Positions 53,264 to 62,488 of a stretch of 64,000 bases of DNA are shown piece after piece; positions within the stretch are counted from its first letter, which is position 1, and every line of letters starts with the position of its first letter. The notes beneath the pieces were generated by a model, which saw only the letters and a list, made by a program, of their open reading frames with translations, ran no database searches and was not told where the DNA came from. Position numbers and translations under genes: made by a program. The stretch spans positions 19 to 64,018 of the forward strand of contig JBBQAZ010000002.1 in assembly GCA_038316995.1 (NCBI GenBank), given 5' to 3'. Source of the stretch: Candidatus Saccharimonadales bacterium (GTDB taxonomy: Bacteria; Patescibacteriota; Saccharimonadia; Saccharimonadales; JAXHNE01).

Positions 53264-54133
53264 ATGGAAGTATCTGTTAAGCCAGGAAAATATGTCATTG
53301 CCGTGTCAGGAGGCATAGATTCTATGGTTTTGCTTAATCTACTGAGCAGAACCAAAGAATTAGAGTTAATTGTGGCTCATTTTGACCATGGAATTCGCGA
53401 GGAATCGGCCGTCGACGCAAAATTTGTAGAAATGAGCGCCGAATATTTAGGTTTGGAATTTGAAATGTCCCGTGAAGAGTTAGGTAAGAATGCAAGTGAA
53501 GACCTAGCAAGGAAAAGACGGTATGAATTCCTGCAAAATACCCAAAAAAAGTATGGAGCAACAGCAATTATTACTGCGCATCATCAAGATGATGCAATTG
53601 AGACGATGATTATAAATTTGCTACGCGGAACCAATCGTAAAGGATTGAGCGCGCTTAAAAGCACAAATGCTATACGACGACCATTAATTGGATATACCAA
53701 AAGAGAAATTGAACAATATGCGCTGGAAAACAATGTTAGTTGGCGGGAAGACAGTACTAATCAATCAGATGCGTACCTAAGAAACTTTGTGAGAAACAAT
53801 ATTGTTAGTCGATTCAGTGAGCCCACGAGAGTTTATTGGATAAAGACTTACTTAAAAATGCTGAACCTAAATGAACATATAGACCAAGAAATTGCAGATA
53901 TTATGCAAAATGTTGATGTAATAAACCGTACATGGCTAATTCAGTTTCCTAATAACATTAGCTGTGAACTGATTGCAGCACAATTAAGAAAATATGACGT
54001 TTTACTATCTCAAAAACAGGTTCAGGATACTGTTATATTCTGCAAAGTTGCGGTTGTGGGTTCAGAAAAAGTACTGAGTAAAACAGTGAAGTTACTTGCT
54101 AATAAAACATCTGTTAGCGTGAAGCAGCAATAA
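53264..54133 (+). CDS. tilS: tRNA(Ile)-lysidine synthase
   Basis: PP-loop YVIAVSGGIDSMVLL and the HFDHGIR, TAHHQDD motifs. Lies directly upstream of ftsH, as is common. Confidence 0.8.
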   Translation: MEVSVKPGKYVIAVSGGIDSMVLLNLLSRTKELELIVAHFDHGIREESAVDAKFVEMSAEYLGLEFEMSREELGKNASEDLARKRRYEFLQNTQKKYGATAIITAHHQDDAIETMIINLLRGTNRKGLSALKSTNAIRRPLIGYTKREIEQYALENNVSWREDSTNQSDAYLRNFVRNNIVSRFSEPTRVYWIKTYLKMLNLNEHIDQEIADIMQNVDVINRTWLIQFPNNISCELIAAQLRKYDVLLSQKQVQDTVIFCKVAVVGSEKVLSKTVKLLANKTSVSVKQQ

Positions 54134-54174
54134 CAGCTGGCAAACTACTAGCTAGATAAGTATAATGGGGCCTT

Positions 54175-56046
54175 ATGGATAAAAAGTCGTTTCAGAAAAA
54201 ACCAGGTGGACCAAATAATCGTAAAAATGCGAAGAACGTTTTATTCGTGGCATTACTTGTAATGTTTGGTATGTTGATTTACGCAGCAAACAGTAGCCCA
54301 ACCGAACTAGAAAAAGTTGCCCTATCCGAGGTTGTGCAACAAGCCAATAACGGCGAGATAAGCAAACTTACAATTACCGGAGAGAAAATTGAAGTGACCA
54401 AAAAGGGCGAAGATAAAGCCAGTCAAACAACAACCAAAGAATCTGGTTCCACAATCTATGAACAAGGATTAAAGCAAAATGTTGAAGGACTAGTTGTAGA
54501 TCCAAAGCCCGATACATCAGGTGATTCAACATGGGTAGACATAGGTGTCAGCCTACTCCCAGTTATCGTCATTAGTGCGATTCTATTCTTTATGCTTAGA
54601 AGTGCTCAAGGGCAGGGTAACCAAGCGATGAGTTTCGGAAAGAGCAAAGCCCGACTTTATGGTAATGAAAAGAAGAAAGTTGTGTTTAAGGATGTTGCTG
54701 GTAACGAAGAATCAAAGCAAGATCTTCAGGAAGTTGTTGAGTTTCTAAAATTTCCTAAAAAGTTTGAAGCTGTTGGCGCGAAAATACCAAAAGGCGTGAT
54801 GCTTGTTGGTCCTCCAGGAACGGGTAAAACAATGCTTGCCCGAGCTGTTGCAGGTGAAGCAAATGTACCATTCTTTAGTATTTCTGGTTCCGAATTTGTT
54901 GAAATGTTTGTTGGTGTTGGAGCCTCTAGGGTTCGTGACCTATTTGCGAAAGCAAAAAAGAACGCTCCGTGCATAATTTTTATCGATGAAATTGACGCCG
55001 TTGGACGACGACGTGGCTCTGGAATGGGCGGCGGACATGATGAGCGAGAACAAACACTTAATCAGATTTTGGTTGAAATGGACGGATTTGAACAAGGTGC
55101 AAACGTGATTGTGTTAGCCGCAACCAACCGATCAGATGTGCTTGATCCGGCATTACTTCGACCTGGACGTTTTGATCGTCGCGTAAACATTGGACTCCCA
55201 GACCGAAAAGCACGCGAAGCAATTTTGAAGATTCATTTTGAAGCGAAGCCACTTGACAGCAAGGTTGATATTGACGCACTCGCCGGAAAAACCGCCGGTT
55301 CATCAGGTGCTGATCTTGCGAATATTGCCAACGAATCTGCAATTGTGGCAGCAAGAAAAGACAAAAAAACCATTGATAATAGTGATGTAACGGAAGCGTT
55401 TGAGCGTGTTGCGATTGGCCCTGAACGTAAGAGCAAGATTATGAACGAAAAGGAAAAAGAACTTACCGCTTACCACGAGGCAGGTCATGCAATTGTCGGA
55501 CATGTTCTGCCGGACAGTGATATGGTCCATAAAGTCACCATAATTCCCCGTGGCGGTACAGGTGGTGTTACATGGTTTATACCGCCAGAAGACAAGAGCT
55601 ACCACAGCATAATCGAATATAAAGACGTGCTGGCACGTATGCTTGGCGGCAGAATTGCCGAAGAAGTAAAATATGGTAAGGAAAGAGTCACAACTGGTGC
55701 AGGAAGTGATTTACAAAAAGCAGCAGAATTAGCTCGTGAAATGGTAGTTAATCAGGGAATGGGCAAAAAATTACGAGACCAGGTTTTCCATGTAGAAGAA
55801 GGCATGATGATGGAGCGTATGATGCACGAGCGTCAGTATTCAGATGAAACAGCCAAGGTAATTGACGACGAAGTAGAAGAGCTAATTACTGAAGCCGCAA
55901 AACGTGCAAGAATGGTGATAAAGGCCAATATGAACAAACTTGAGACGTTAAAGAGCCGTTTAATAGCCAAAGAAACCGTAGAAGCCGCTGAAGTTATTGA
56001 GATACTCAAAGGCTCAACACTTCCAAAAGAAGCCACACTTTACTAG
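54175..56046 (+). CDS. ftsH: ATP-dependent zinc metalloprotease FtsH
   Basis: Two TM helices, Walker [19 protein letters not shown], Walker [13 protein letters not shown], zinc site HEAGHA. Confidence 0.9.
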   Translation: MDKKSFQKKPGGPNNRKNAKNVLFVALLVMFGMLIYAANSSPTELEKVALSEVVQQANNGEISKLTITGEKIEVTKKGEDKASQTTTKESGSTIYEQGLKQNVEGLVVDPKPDTSGDSTWVDIGVSLLPVIVISAILFFMLRSAQGQGNQAMSFGKSKARLYGNEKKKVVFKDVAGNEESKQDLQEVVEFLKFPKKFEAVGAKIPKGVMLVGPPGTGKTMLARAVAGEANVPFFSISGSEFVEMFVGVGASRVRDLFAKAKKNAPCIIFIDEIDAVGRRRGSGMGGGHDEREQTLNQILVEMDGFEQGANVIVLAATNRSDVLDPALLRPGRFDRRVNIGLPDRKAREAILKIHFEAKPLDSKVDIDALAGKTAGSSGADLANIANESAIVAARKDKKTIDNSDVTEAFERVAIGPERKSKIMNEKEKELTAYHEAGHAIVGHVLPDSDMVHKVTIIPRGGTGGVTWFIPPEDKSYHSIIEYKDVLARMLGGRIAEEVKYGKERVTTGAGSDLQKAAELAREMVVNQGMGKKLRDQVFHVEEGMMMERMMHERQYSDETAKVIDDEVEELITEAAKRARMVIKANMNKLETLKSRLIAKETVEAAEVIEILKGSTLPKEATLY

Positions 56047-56107
56047 AATTCCAAAAAAACATTTTTTGGCTCGCCAGACAGGCTCCTTCCATCTATACTA
56101 GGAGTAA

Positions 56108-57691
56108 ATGAACAGCCTCATTAAACGTGCAAACAAAAGAATATCGCTCGGTAGTGCAGCGACACTGCTCATTGTGGTTGCGCTTTCTGGTCAGGTCTTG
56201 GGTTTTTTACGAAATCGTTTAATTAGCACTAACATTACAGTCATAGACCCAGGTAGCTCTGATGCTTTTTTTGCTGCTTTTTTAATTCCCGATTTCTTCT
56301 TTTACACGATTGCAGCAGGTGCATTAGGTGTTGCGTTTATTCCGTTCCTATCTGATAGGCTGCAAGCATCCGATAAGAAAGGCGTATGGGAGCTAGCTTC
56401 AAGCTTGCTAAACATTTTAACGATTATCATGGGTTTCGTCGCTATAGCTATTTTTCTGTTGGCAGAACCTCTTATGAAACTCATTGCACCTGATTTACCG
56501 CCTGATCACTTCCATGAAGCGGTAACGATTATGCGACTTCTATCACTGAATCCGTTATTGTTTACAATTTCCGGTATTTTAACCAGTGTTCAACAAACAT
56601 TCGGTCGGTTTTTCTTTTATGCAATAGCACCACTTACCTATAACGCGTCCATTATTATTAGTGTCTACATTTTTAGAGATAGCCTAGGAGTAGTTGGGCT
56701 TGGTATTGGCGCTCTTGCAGGTGGAGTTATTCAGCTTGGGATTTCATTGCTTGGGCTTTCCGGTCTCGGTTTCAAGTACAGGCCTGTAATAGTTTGGAAA
56801 TCTTCTAGTTTGCGCTCGGTTCTCCGCAATCTCCCCGCGAGGTCGTTAGACCAAGGAATTGACCAGGTAAACAGTATCGTGGAAGTTAACCGGGCACAAA
56901 CGCTTCACGTAGGTGCCGTAAGCTCATACAGCTTTGCTCTGACGCTTATGAATGTGCCTGTAATGTTACTCGGTAACTCTATATCAATTGCTGCTTTCCC
57001 GAGGTTTACTGAGAGGTTGGCGCAGAATCGTCCTGACTTATTCAGAAAAGATTTTTTAAAGGTACTAAGAGCGATTATATGGATGACTATGCCAGTGGTT
57101 GTTATTTGTTATTTTGGACGCGCTTATTTGGCTAGATTGATTTTCGGTGATGTTGCGCCACAAGTTGCCTTAGTTTTTGGTTTTCTTGTAGTAGCGATTT
57201 TCTTTAGAATTATATATAGCATGATGTCGCGATATTTTTATGCATATAAGGACACTAAAACTCCACTTTTTGTTTCAGTATTTGCGATTGGCCTAAACAT
57301 TTACTTGGCGTTTACCTTGTCTCGTCCCGATTCATACGGAATTTCAGGGTTGGCAATTGCGCAATCAATTGTTGCTGCGAGCGAGGTCGTGATATTGACG
57401 TCAATTATTATTTATCGTGACCGCAAGATGTTTCAAGCATCCTTTGTTGCAGATATTTTCAGAATAATTTCAGTAACAGGTTTTACTCTAGTCGCGACTT
57501 TTATAATGTTATCTTTGTTGCCACTTGGCGCAGCCGATCGTGGATTTATTACTCTTGGCGGTAAACTAGCACTCATTAGCGCCGTCACGCTATTGACGCA
57601 TTTGCTTATTTCAAGAGTTTTCGATATGGAAGAAGCACACATAGTCCTAAGCAAGATTTATAATGTAATCATGAAGCCAATCCGGGTTTGA
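56108..57691 (+). CDS. murJ: lipid II flippase MurJ (MviN family)
   Basis: 527 aa with about 14 TM helices and the MurJ N-terminal pattern (SRVLGFLRNRLIS..DAFFAAFLIPD). Confidence 0.8.
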   Translation: MNSLIKRANKRISLGSAATLLIVVALSGQVLGFLRNRLISTNITVIDPGSSDAFFAAFLIPDFFFYTIAAGALGVAFIPFLSDRLQASDKKGVWELASSLLNILTIIMGFVAIAIFLLAEPLMKLIAPDLPPDHFHEAVTIMRLLSLNPLLFTISGILTSVQQTFGRFFFYAIAPLTYNASIIISVYIFRDSLGVVGLGIGALAGGVIQLGISLLGLSGLGFKYRPVIVWKSSSLRSVLRNLPARSLDQGIDQVNSIVEVNRAQTLHVGAVSSYSFALTLMNVPVMLLGNSISIAAFPRFTERLAQNRPDLFRKDFLKVLRAIIWMTMPVVVICYFGRAYLARLIFGDVAPQVALVFGFLVVAIFFRIIYSMMSRYFYAYKDTKTPLFVSVFAIGLNIYLAFTLSRPDSYGISGLAIAQSIVAASEVVILTSIIIYRDRKMFQASFVADIFRIISVTGFTLVATFIMLSLLPLGAADRGFITLGGKLALISAVTLLTHLLISRVFDMEEAHIVLSKIYNVIMKPIRV

Positions 57692-57730
57692 ACTAGCACT
57701 TTCATAACAGAGGTGGTACACTAGTCGACT

Positions 57731-59512
57731 ATGGACCAAGAGAAGATTAGAAACTTTTGTATTATTGCACATATTGATCATGGCAAATCAACGCTTGCTG
57801 ATCGATTTCTTGAACTTACTAATACTGTCGAAAAACGCCAAATGAAGGAGCAGCTTCTAGATAGGATGGATTTAGAGCGCGAAAAAGGGATCACAATTAA
57901 ACTTGCTCCCGTGCGCATGAAATATAAAGATTATGAACTCAACCTGATAGATACACCTGGGCATGTTGATTTTAGCTATGAAGTGTCACGTAGTCTGCAA
58001 GCTTGCGAAGGTGCAATCTTGGTAGTTGATGCAAGTCAGGGTATCCAGGCTCAGACTTTGGCGAACGTCTATCTAGCCATAGAGGCAGATTTAAAAATTA
58101 TTCCAGTTTTGAACAAAATTGATCTACCGGCAGCCGATGTAAATAGAGTTTCGGCAGAGGTAGTTGGACTACTTGGGTGCGATCCCTCAGATATTTTAAA
58201 CATCTCAGCAAAGACAGGTGCAGGGGTGGAAGAGGTGCTAAATAAAGTCATAGATGTCGTTCCTCCACCAAAAAGCCCTGAACATTCAAAAACTAGAGCT
58301 CTCATATTTGATAGCTATTATGATGACTACCGTGGAGTAGTGTTATATGTACGCGTATTTGATGGAGAAATTAAGAAAAGTTCGCAAATTATGATGATGG
58401 CAACCAAGGCAGACGGAATTGCACTAGAAACTGGGTCTCTTTCTCCAGCAATGGTGCCCGCCGCCAGTTTAACCAGCGGAGAAATTGGCTATGTCGTGAC
58501 GAACCTTCGTAGTACGCGTGAAGCAAAAGTTGGGGACACAATTACACTACTCAATAATCCCGCAGAACGTGCACTTCCTGGCTATAAAGATGTGAAGCCA
58601 TTTGTTTATGCTGGAATCTTTCCCGACAGTAACGATAACTATCAGACGCTTAAAGATGGTATAGAAAAGCTTTCACTCAGTGATTCGGCGTTGCAGTTTA
58701 CGCCAGAAAACTCACCGGTACTTGGCTTTGGTGTTCGGGTTGGGTTCCTTGGCCTACTTCATATGGACATTGTCAGAGAACGTTTAGAACGTGAGTATAA
58801 TTTAGAGCTCGTAATTACTAATCCATCTACGGATTACGAGTTAACACTACAAAATGGCGAAGAATTGATAATTCGTAGTGCTTCAGAACTTCCTAATACT
58901 ACTCAAATTATGGAAATTCGAGAACCTTGGATAAAGGGCGAAATTGTTGTTCCAAAAGATTACGTCGGCGCAGTTATCCAGCTTATTTCAAATAAACGTG
59001 GAATTCAAAAGAATCTTGGTTACGTGGACGCACAGTTAGCGCTTATTAGTTTTGATGCTCCACTCGCAAATCTCCTAACTGATTTCTATGATCAGCTCAA
59101 GAGCGTCACCAGTGGCTATGGCTCATTCAACTATGAACTTGATAATTACCGTGCAGAAGATTTAGTCAGAGTTGATTTTTATGTCGCCGGGGAGATGGTA
59201 GATGCACTCAGTGTCATGGTGCATAAAACCGAGGCTGAGCCTCTTGGTCGTGACATCGTAAAAAAATTAAAAGACATTATTCCTAGGCAAAATTTTCAGG
59301 TTGCGTTACAGGCTGCAATTGGAGCAAGGTTTATTGCCCGAGAGGACCTTAGTGCGTACAGGAAAGACGTAACTAGCGGACTGTATGGTGGTGATGTATC
59401 GCGTAAGAAAAAGGTGCTAGCCAAGCAAGCCAAGGGCAAAAAGCGCATGAAGAAATTCGGTAGTGTTGATATCCCATCAGAAGCCTTCACTGTGTTGCTA
59501 AAAAGAGACTAG
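57731..59512 (+). CDS. lepA: translation elongation factor 4 (LepA)
   Basis: IRNFCIIAHIDHGKSTLADR, DTPGHVDF and NKIDL G-motifs, plus the LepA C-terminal domain (GGDVSRKKKVL..QAKGKKRMK). Confidence 0.9.
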   Translation: MDQEKIRNFCIIAHIDHGKSTLADRFLELTNTVEKRQMKEQLLDRMDLEREKGITIKLAPVRMKYKDYELNLIDTPGHVDFSYEVSRSLQACEGAILVVDASQGIQAQTLANVYLAIEADLKIIPVLNKIDLPAADVNRVSAEVVGLLGCDPSDILNISAKTGAGVEEVLNKVIDVVPPPKSPEHSKTRALIFDSYYDDYRGVVLYVRVFDGEIKKSSQIMMMATKADGIALETGSLSPAMVPAASLTSGEIGYVVTNLRSTREAKVGDTITLLNNPAERALPGYKDVKPFVYAGIFPDSNDNYQTLKDGIEKLSLSDSALQFTPENSPVLGFGVRVGFLGLLHMDIVRERLEREYNLELVITNPSTDYELTLQNGEELIIRSASELPNTTQIMEIREPWIKGEIVVPKDYVGAVIQLISNKRGIQKNLGYVDAQLALISFDAPLANLLTDFYDQLKSVTSGYGSFNYELDNYRAEDLVRVDFYVAGEMVDALSVMVHKTEAEPLGRDIVKKLKDIIPRQNFQVALQAAIGARFIAREDLSAYRKDVTSGLYGGDVSRKKKVLAKQAKGKKRMKKFGSVDIPSEAFTVLLKRD

Positions 59513-59971
59513 TTACTTGCCGCCAACTCCGTATGAGCAACCTGCATAAAACGCTGCGTTACCAGTTTCTAAATCAAATCCTGGCTCAACGCCACCTGGT
59601 GCTTTCTCGCTATAACAGAGAACTCCCCAAGTTTTGTCGTCTACTTTACCAGACTCTCTAAACCCATATGCCTTCTGTACTTGCTTAACGGCCAGGATCG
59701 TTTCATCGTCAAATATTCCATTTATAGTCAAGTCTGGATCAGCGGCGTACTTCCAATTAGCTAGTTTTTGTACATAACTAACACACTCACCAGAAGATCT
59801 TTTGGTAAGAGTAGTGTCGCGACACCAAGTCTCGTTTGAGTTACCGCCGCCCTTGCCACCTTTTGCTGCGAAGATTCCACTAAGTGTTGCTGCTCCGATT
59901 CCCGCAAAAGCAAGAACGAACACGATCATTAGTACGTGATGACCAAAGCCCTTTGGATTTATTTTTTTCAT
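59513..59971 (-). CDS. membrane-anchored protein with peptidoglycan-binding (PG_binding_1-like) domain
   Basis: N-terminal TM, GKGGG linker, then ILAVKQVQKAYGFRESGKVDDKTWGVL. Confidence 0.55.
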   Translation of the reverse strand: MKKINPKGFGHHVLMIVFVLAFAGIGAATLSGIFAAKGGKGGGNSNETWCRDTTLTKRSSGECVSYVQKLANWKYAADPDLTINGIFDDETILAVKQVQKAYGFRESGKVDDKTWGVLCYSEKAPGGVEPGFDLETGNAAFYAGCSYGVGGK

Positions 59972-60031
59972 ACAGTTCCTTTTTATGTTTTATACAATGA
60001 AATAAGTATACCATAAGGCTTATGTTTTAAG

Positions 60032-60778
60032 GTGTTGGACGTTGAATACCTTCTGCTATCTGCGTATAGTGGTTCTATGGTAAATGTTCAGTCAGAAATC
60101 CTAACAGCTATTAATTCGTATCAAATGCCCATGAAAGGCAGAAAACTTATTAGAGATAGTCAGTTGTTGGCGCTATGCGGCGTTACTGCGGCTGGAAAGA
60201 ACACCGTTGCGCATAGCTTGATAGATCACGCAAATTTTGAATATGTCGTTTCTCATACCACTAGAAAGCCGCGCGAGAATCATGGAGAGCTTGAACAGAA
60301 CGGTAAAGATTATTGGTTTGTTGACGATGAGCAGATGCTCGCATTGATCAAACAGCAGGCATTTTTAGAGGTTAAGGCTGTACACGGCGACACTTTTTAC
60401 GGAACAAGTATTGGCTCGGTAGAAAAGTCAGTTGCTGACGGCAAGCGACCAATAACAGAAATTGATGTCCAGGGAACCTTAGAGCTTGCCAAAGAAGTCC
60501 CAGGTTTCCACCCAGTATTTATACTGCCACCAAGTTATGAGATTTGGATGGAGCGGCTAGGAACACGTGGGTTTATGAGCGAAGGTGAAAAAGCCCGTAG
60601 GCTACATAGTGCAAAAATGGAACTTCAGACAGCGATAGACAATAAAGATTTTGTTTTGATAGCTAATCATGAGGTAGAGCTGACAACCGCCGAAATAATG
60701 AGCGGAATTGACACATCGGCTGCTCACCAAGATGCAATGCGTCAACTGGCTGCCGACCTCGTAGAGTACATTCATTAG
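60032..60778 (+). CDS. guanylate kinase-like nucleoside-monophosphate kinase (start uncertain)
   Basis: P-loop GVTAAGKNTV, SHTTRKPRE..G.DYWFV and YGTS motifs of Gmk. A 45-50 aa N-terminal extension may reflect a later true start (ATG at 60077 or 60125). Confidence 0.65.
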   Translation: MLDVEYLLLSAYSGSMVNVQSEILTAINSYQMPMKGRKLIRDSQLLALCGVTAAGKNTVAHSLIDHANFEYVVSHTTRKPRENHGELEQNGKDYWFVDDEQMLALIKQQAFLEVKAVHGDTFYGTSIGSVEKSVADGKRPITEIDVQGTLELAKEVPGFHPVFILPPSYEIWMERLGTRGFMSEGEKARRLHSAKMELQTAIDNKDFVLIANHEVELTTAEIMSGIDTSAAHQDAMRQLAADLVEYIH

Positions 60779-60801
60779 CACTCTTGAACTTTGAGTGCTA
60801 G
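60775..60801. promoter_or_regulatory. CIRCE operator (HrcA binding site)
   Basis: TTAGCACTC-ttgaacttt-GAGTGCTAg against consensus TTAGCACTC-N9-GAGTGCTAA. A TATAAT follows at 60807-60812. Confidence 0.85.
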
Positions 60802-60822
60802 AAAGTTATAATTGGGTGCATT

Positions 60823-61524
60823 ATGACACAGCGTCAAGCTAACATTCTCAAAGCAATAGTCGAGCAATATGCTGAGGTAGCCAGTCCCGTAGGCTCTAGC
60901 TTGCTTGCAAAGGTTTTTAATGTGTCTTCTGCCACTATAAGATCAGAAATGGCAGAGTTAGAGAGACTTGGTTTAATAAAACAGCCACATACCAGCGCTG
61001 GCCGTGTACCGACAGATAAAGGATATCGTAATTACGTGAACGTATTAACTGAATCACCCGATACCCACGATATACGCGGCGAGCGGGCCCTAACAGCAAG
61101 AGTAGAAGGCGCAGGCATGCCCGAGCGCACAATTAGAAACGCCGTTGATACACTTGTCGAGCTTACCCACAACCTAGGACTCGCCACCATTGGTAACCAA
61201 CTTTACATGAGTGGGCTTTCTAATTTGTTTGGTCAACCAGAGTTTATTAATGGCGCGCAAGTACAGCAAGTAGCTGGATTGCTCGATAACCTAGAGCCAT
61301 GGCTACGTGAAGCTGCGCCAAATAAACCACTGAGCGTATATATTGGAAAAGAGAATCCCATAGGCCGTAGTGCTGGATGTAGCTTGATTATCAGTCGCTT
61401 TCAGTCACCTTTCTCTGACCGTAGCTATATTGGAGTACTTGGGCCAACCCGCCAAAGCTACAAAGAGGTAATGAGTTTAGTAAAATATGCAGGAACAACA
61501 TTAGAAAAGGCAATATATGAGTAA
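60823..61524 (+). CDS. hrcA: heat-inducible transcription repressor HrcA (short form)
   Basis: RQANILKAIVEQYAEVASPVGSSLLAK..SSATIRSEMAELERLGLIKQPHTSAGRVPTDKGYR is the HrcA N-terminal wHTH signature. Confidence 0.8.
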   Translation: MTQRQANILKAIVEQYAEVASPVGSSLLAKVFNVSSATIRSEMAELERLGLIKQPHTSAGRVPTDKGYRNYVNVLTESPDTHDIRGERALTARVEGAGMPERTIRNAVDTLVELTHNLGLATIGNQLYMSGLSNLFGQPEFINGAQVQQVAGLLDNLEPWLREAAPNKPLSVYIGKENPIGRSAGCSLIISRFQSPFSDRSYIGVLGPTRQSYKEVMSLVKYAGTTLEKAIYE

Positions 61525-61975
61525 AAAACCAACTAAAGATGAATTAGTTCAACAAATAGCAGATTTGACGATGGCGTTGCAACGGGAACGTGCAGACTCA
61601 GAAAACGTTCGAAAACGTGCAGATGCAGACCGTTTGGCACTCGGTGATGTTCACAAAGCAAATGTCATAAAGCAATTACTGCCTAGTATTGATAACCTTG
61701 ATCGTGCCCTAAAGCACATACCCAAAGAACTAGAAGGCAATGATTATGTCAAAGGTGTTCAAGGCGTAGTAAAGCAGTTTGAAAAAACGCTTAAAGACAT
61801 AGGCGTGACGCGAATTGAAACTGTCGGTAAAGAGTTTAACCCTCATATTCATGAAGCTGTAAGCATGGAAGAAGGTGAAGGTGATATAGAGATGGTGTGC
61901 GAAGAACTACAGTCCGGTTATCAGCTGCATGATCAAGTTATTCGCCCAGCTATGGTCCGCGTAAAAAGTGAGTAA
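61517..61975 (+). CDS. grpE: nucleotide exchange factor GrpE
   Basis: RERADSENVRKR coiled-coil motif, LPSIDNLDRAL, FNPHIHEAV and RPAMVRV. Confidence 0.85.
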   Translation: MSKKPTKDELVQQIADLTMALQRERADSENVRKRADADRLALGDVHKANVIKQLLPSIDNLDRALKHIPKELEGNDYVKGVQGVVKQFEKTLKDIGVTRIETVGKEFNPHIHEAVSMEEGEGDIEMVCEELQSGYQLHDQVIRPAMVRVKSE

Positions 61976-62295
61976 TGGCAGTGATAAGATACAAATCCAA
62001 AGCTGAACTTTTTTACCCTTGTGAATCTTGCCCACTAAATCCTGCCTATGAGGACAGGGGTCAGTCGGTTCTCTCTACTATTGGCTGGGCTGTACTGCGG
62101 CTTAAAAAATCCTTGCAAGAAGACGAACAGTGGGAAAACGATACTACTCCAAATGAAAGAGCGGCAGAAATCGTATTACAATGCGATTTGAACGAAGATT
62201 ATGATGACCTGACAGGTTCTTTACTTTCTTGCGCACAACGTCAATTTTTACCAAGAGAAATAAAAGAAGTTGATCCAAACGAGAGCTATCTATAG
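61975..62295 (+). CDS. hypothetical protein (106 aa) inserted between grpE and dnaK
   Basis: Start overlaps the grpE stop. No motif recognised; acidic with 4 Cys. Confidence 0.5.
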   Translation: MAVIRYKSKAELFYPCESCPLNPAYEDRGQSVLSTIGWAVLRLKKSLQEDEQWENDTTPNERAAEIVLQCDLNEDYDDLTGSLLSCAQRQFLPREIKEVDPNESYL

Positions 62296-62388
62296 TTGGC
62301 ACTCTCGACCCATATCAAAGAATTAATTACTCATCTGCTAGAGGCCTGGCCTCTAGCAGAGTATGAAAACAGCGTTACGACTATATAA

Positions 62389-62415
62389 TTGGCACTCTTG
62401 ACACATGAGTGCCAA
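62389..62415. promoter_or_regulatory. CIRCE-variant operator with perfect arms
   Basis: TTGGCACTC-ttgacacat-GAGTGCCAA. The left arm overlaps a TATAAT box (62384-62389). Confidence 0.75.
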
Positions 62416-62436
62416 ATTTATTATGATAGAATAGTA

Positions 62437-62463
62437 TTAGCACTCTTGTAGCTAATCTGCTAA
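62437..62463. promoter_or_regulatory. imperfect CIRCE-like element
   Basis: TTAGCACTC-ttgtagcta-atcTGCTAA (6 of 9 in the right arm), preceded by the extended -10 TGATAGAAT. Confidence 0.5.
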
Positions 62464-62488
62464 TAATCGTAAATAAGGAGAATCAACA

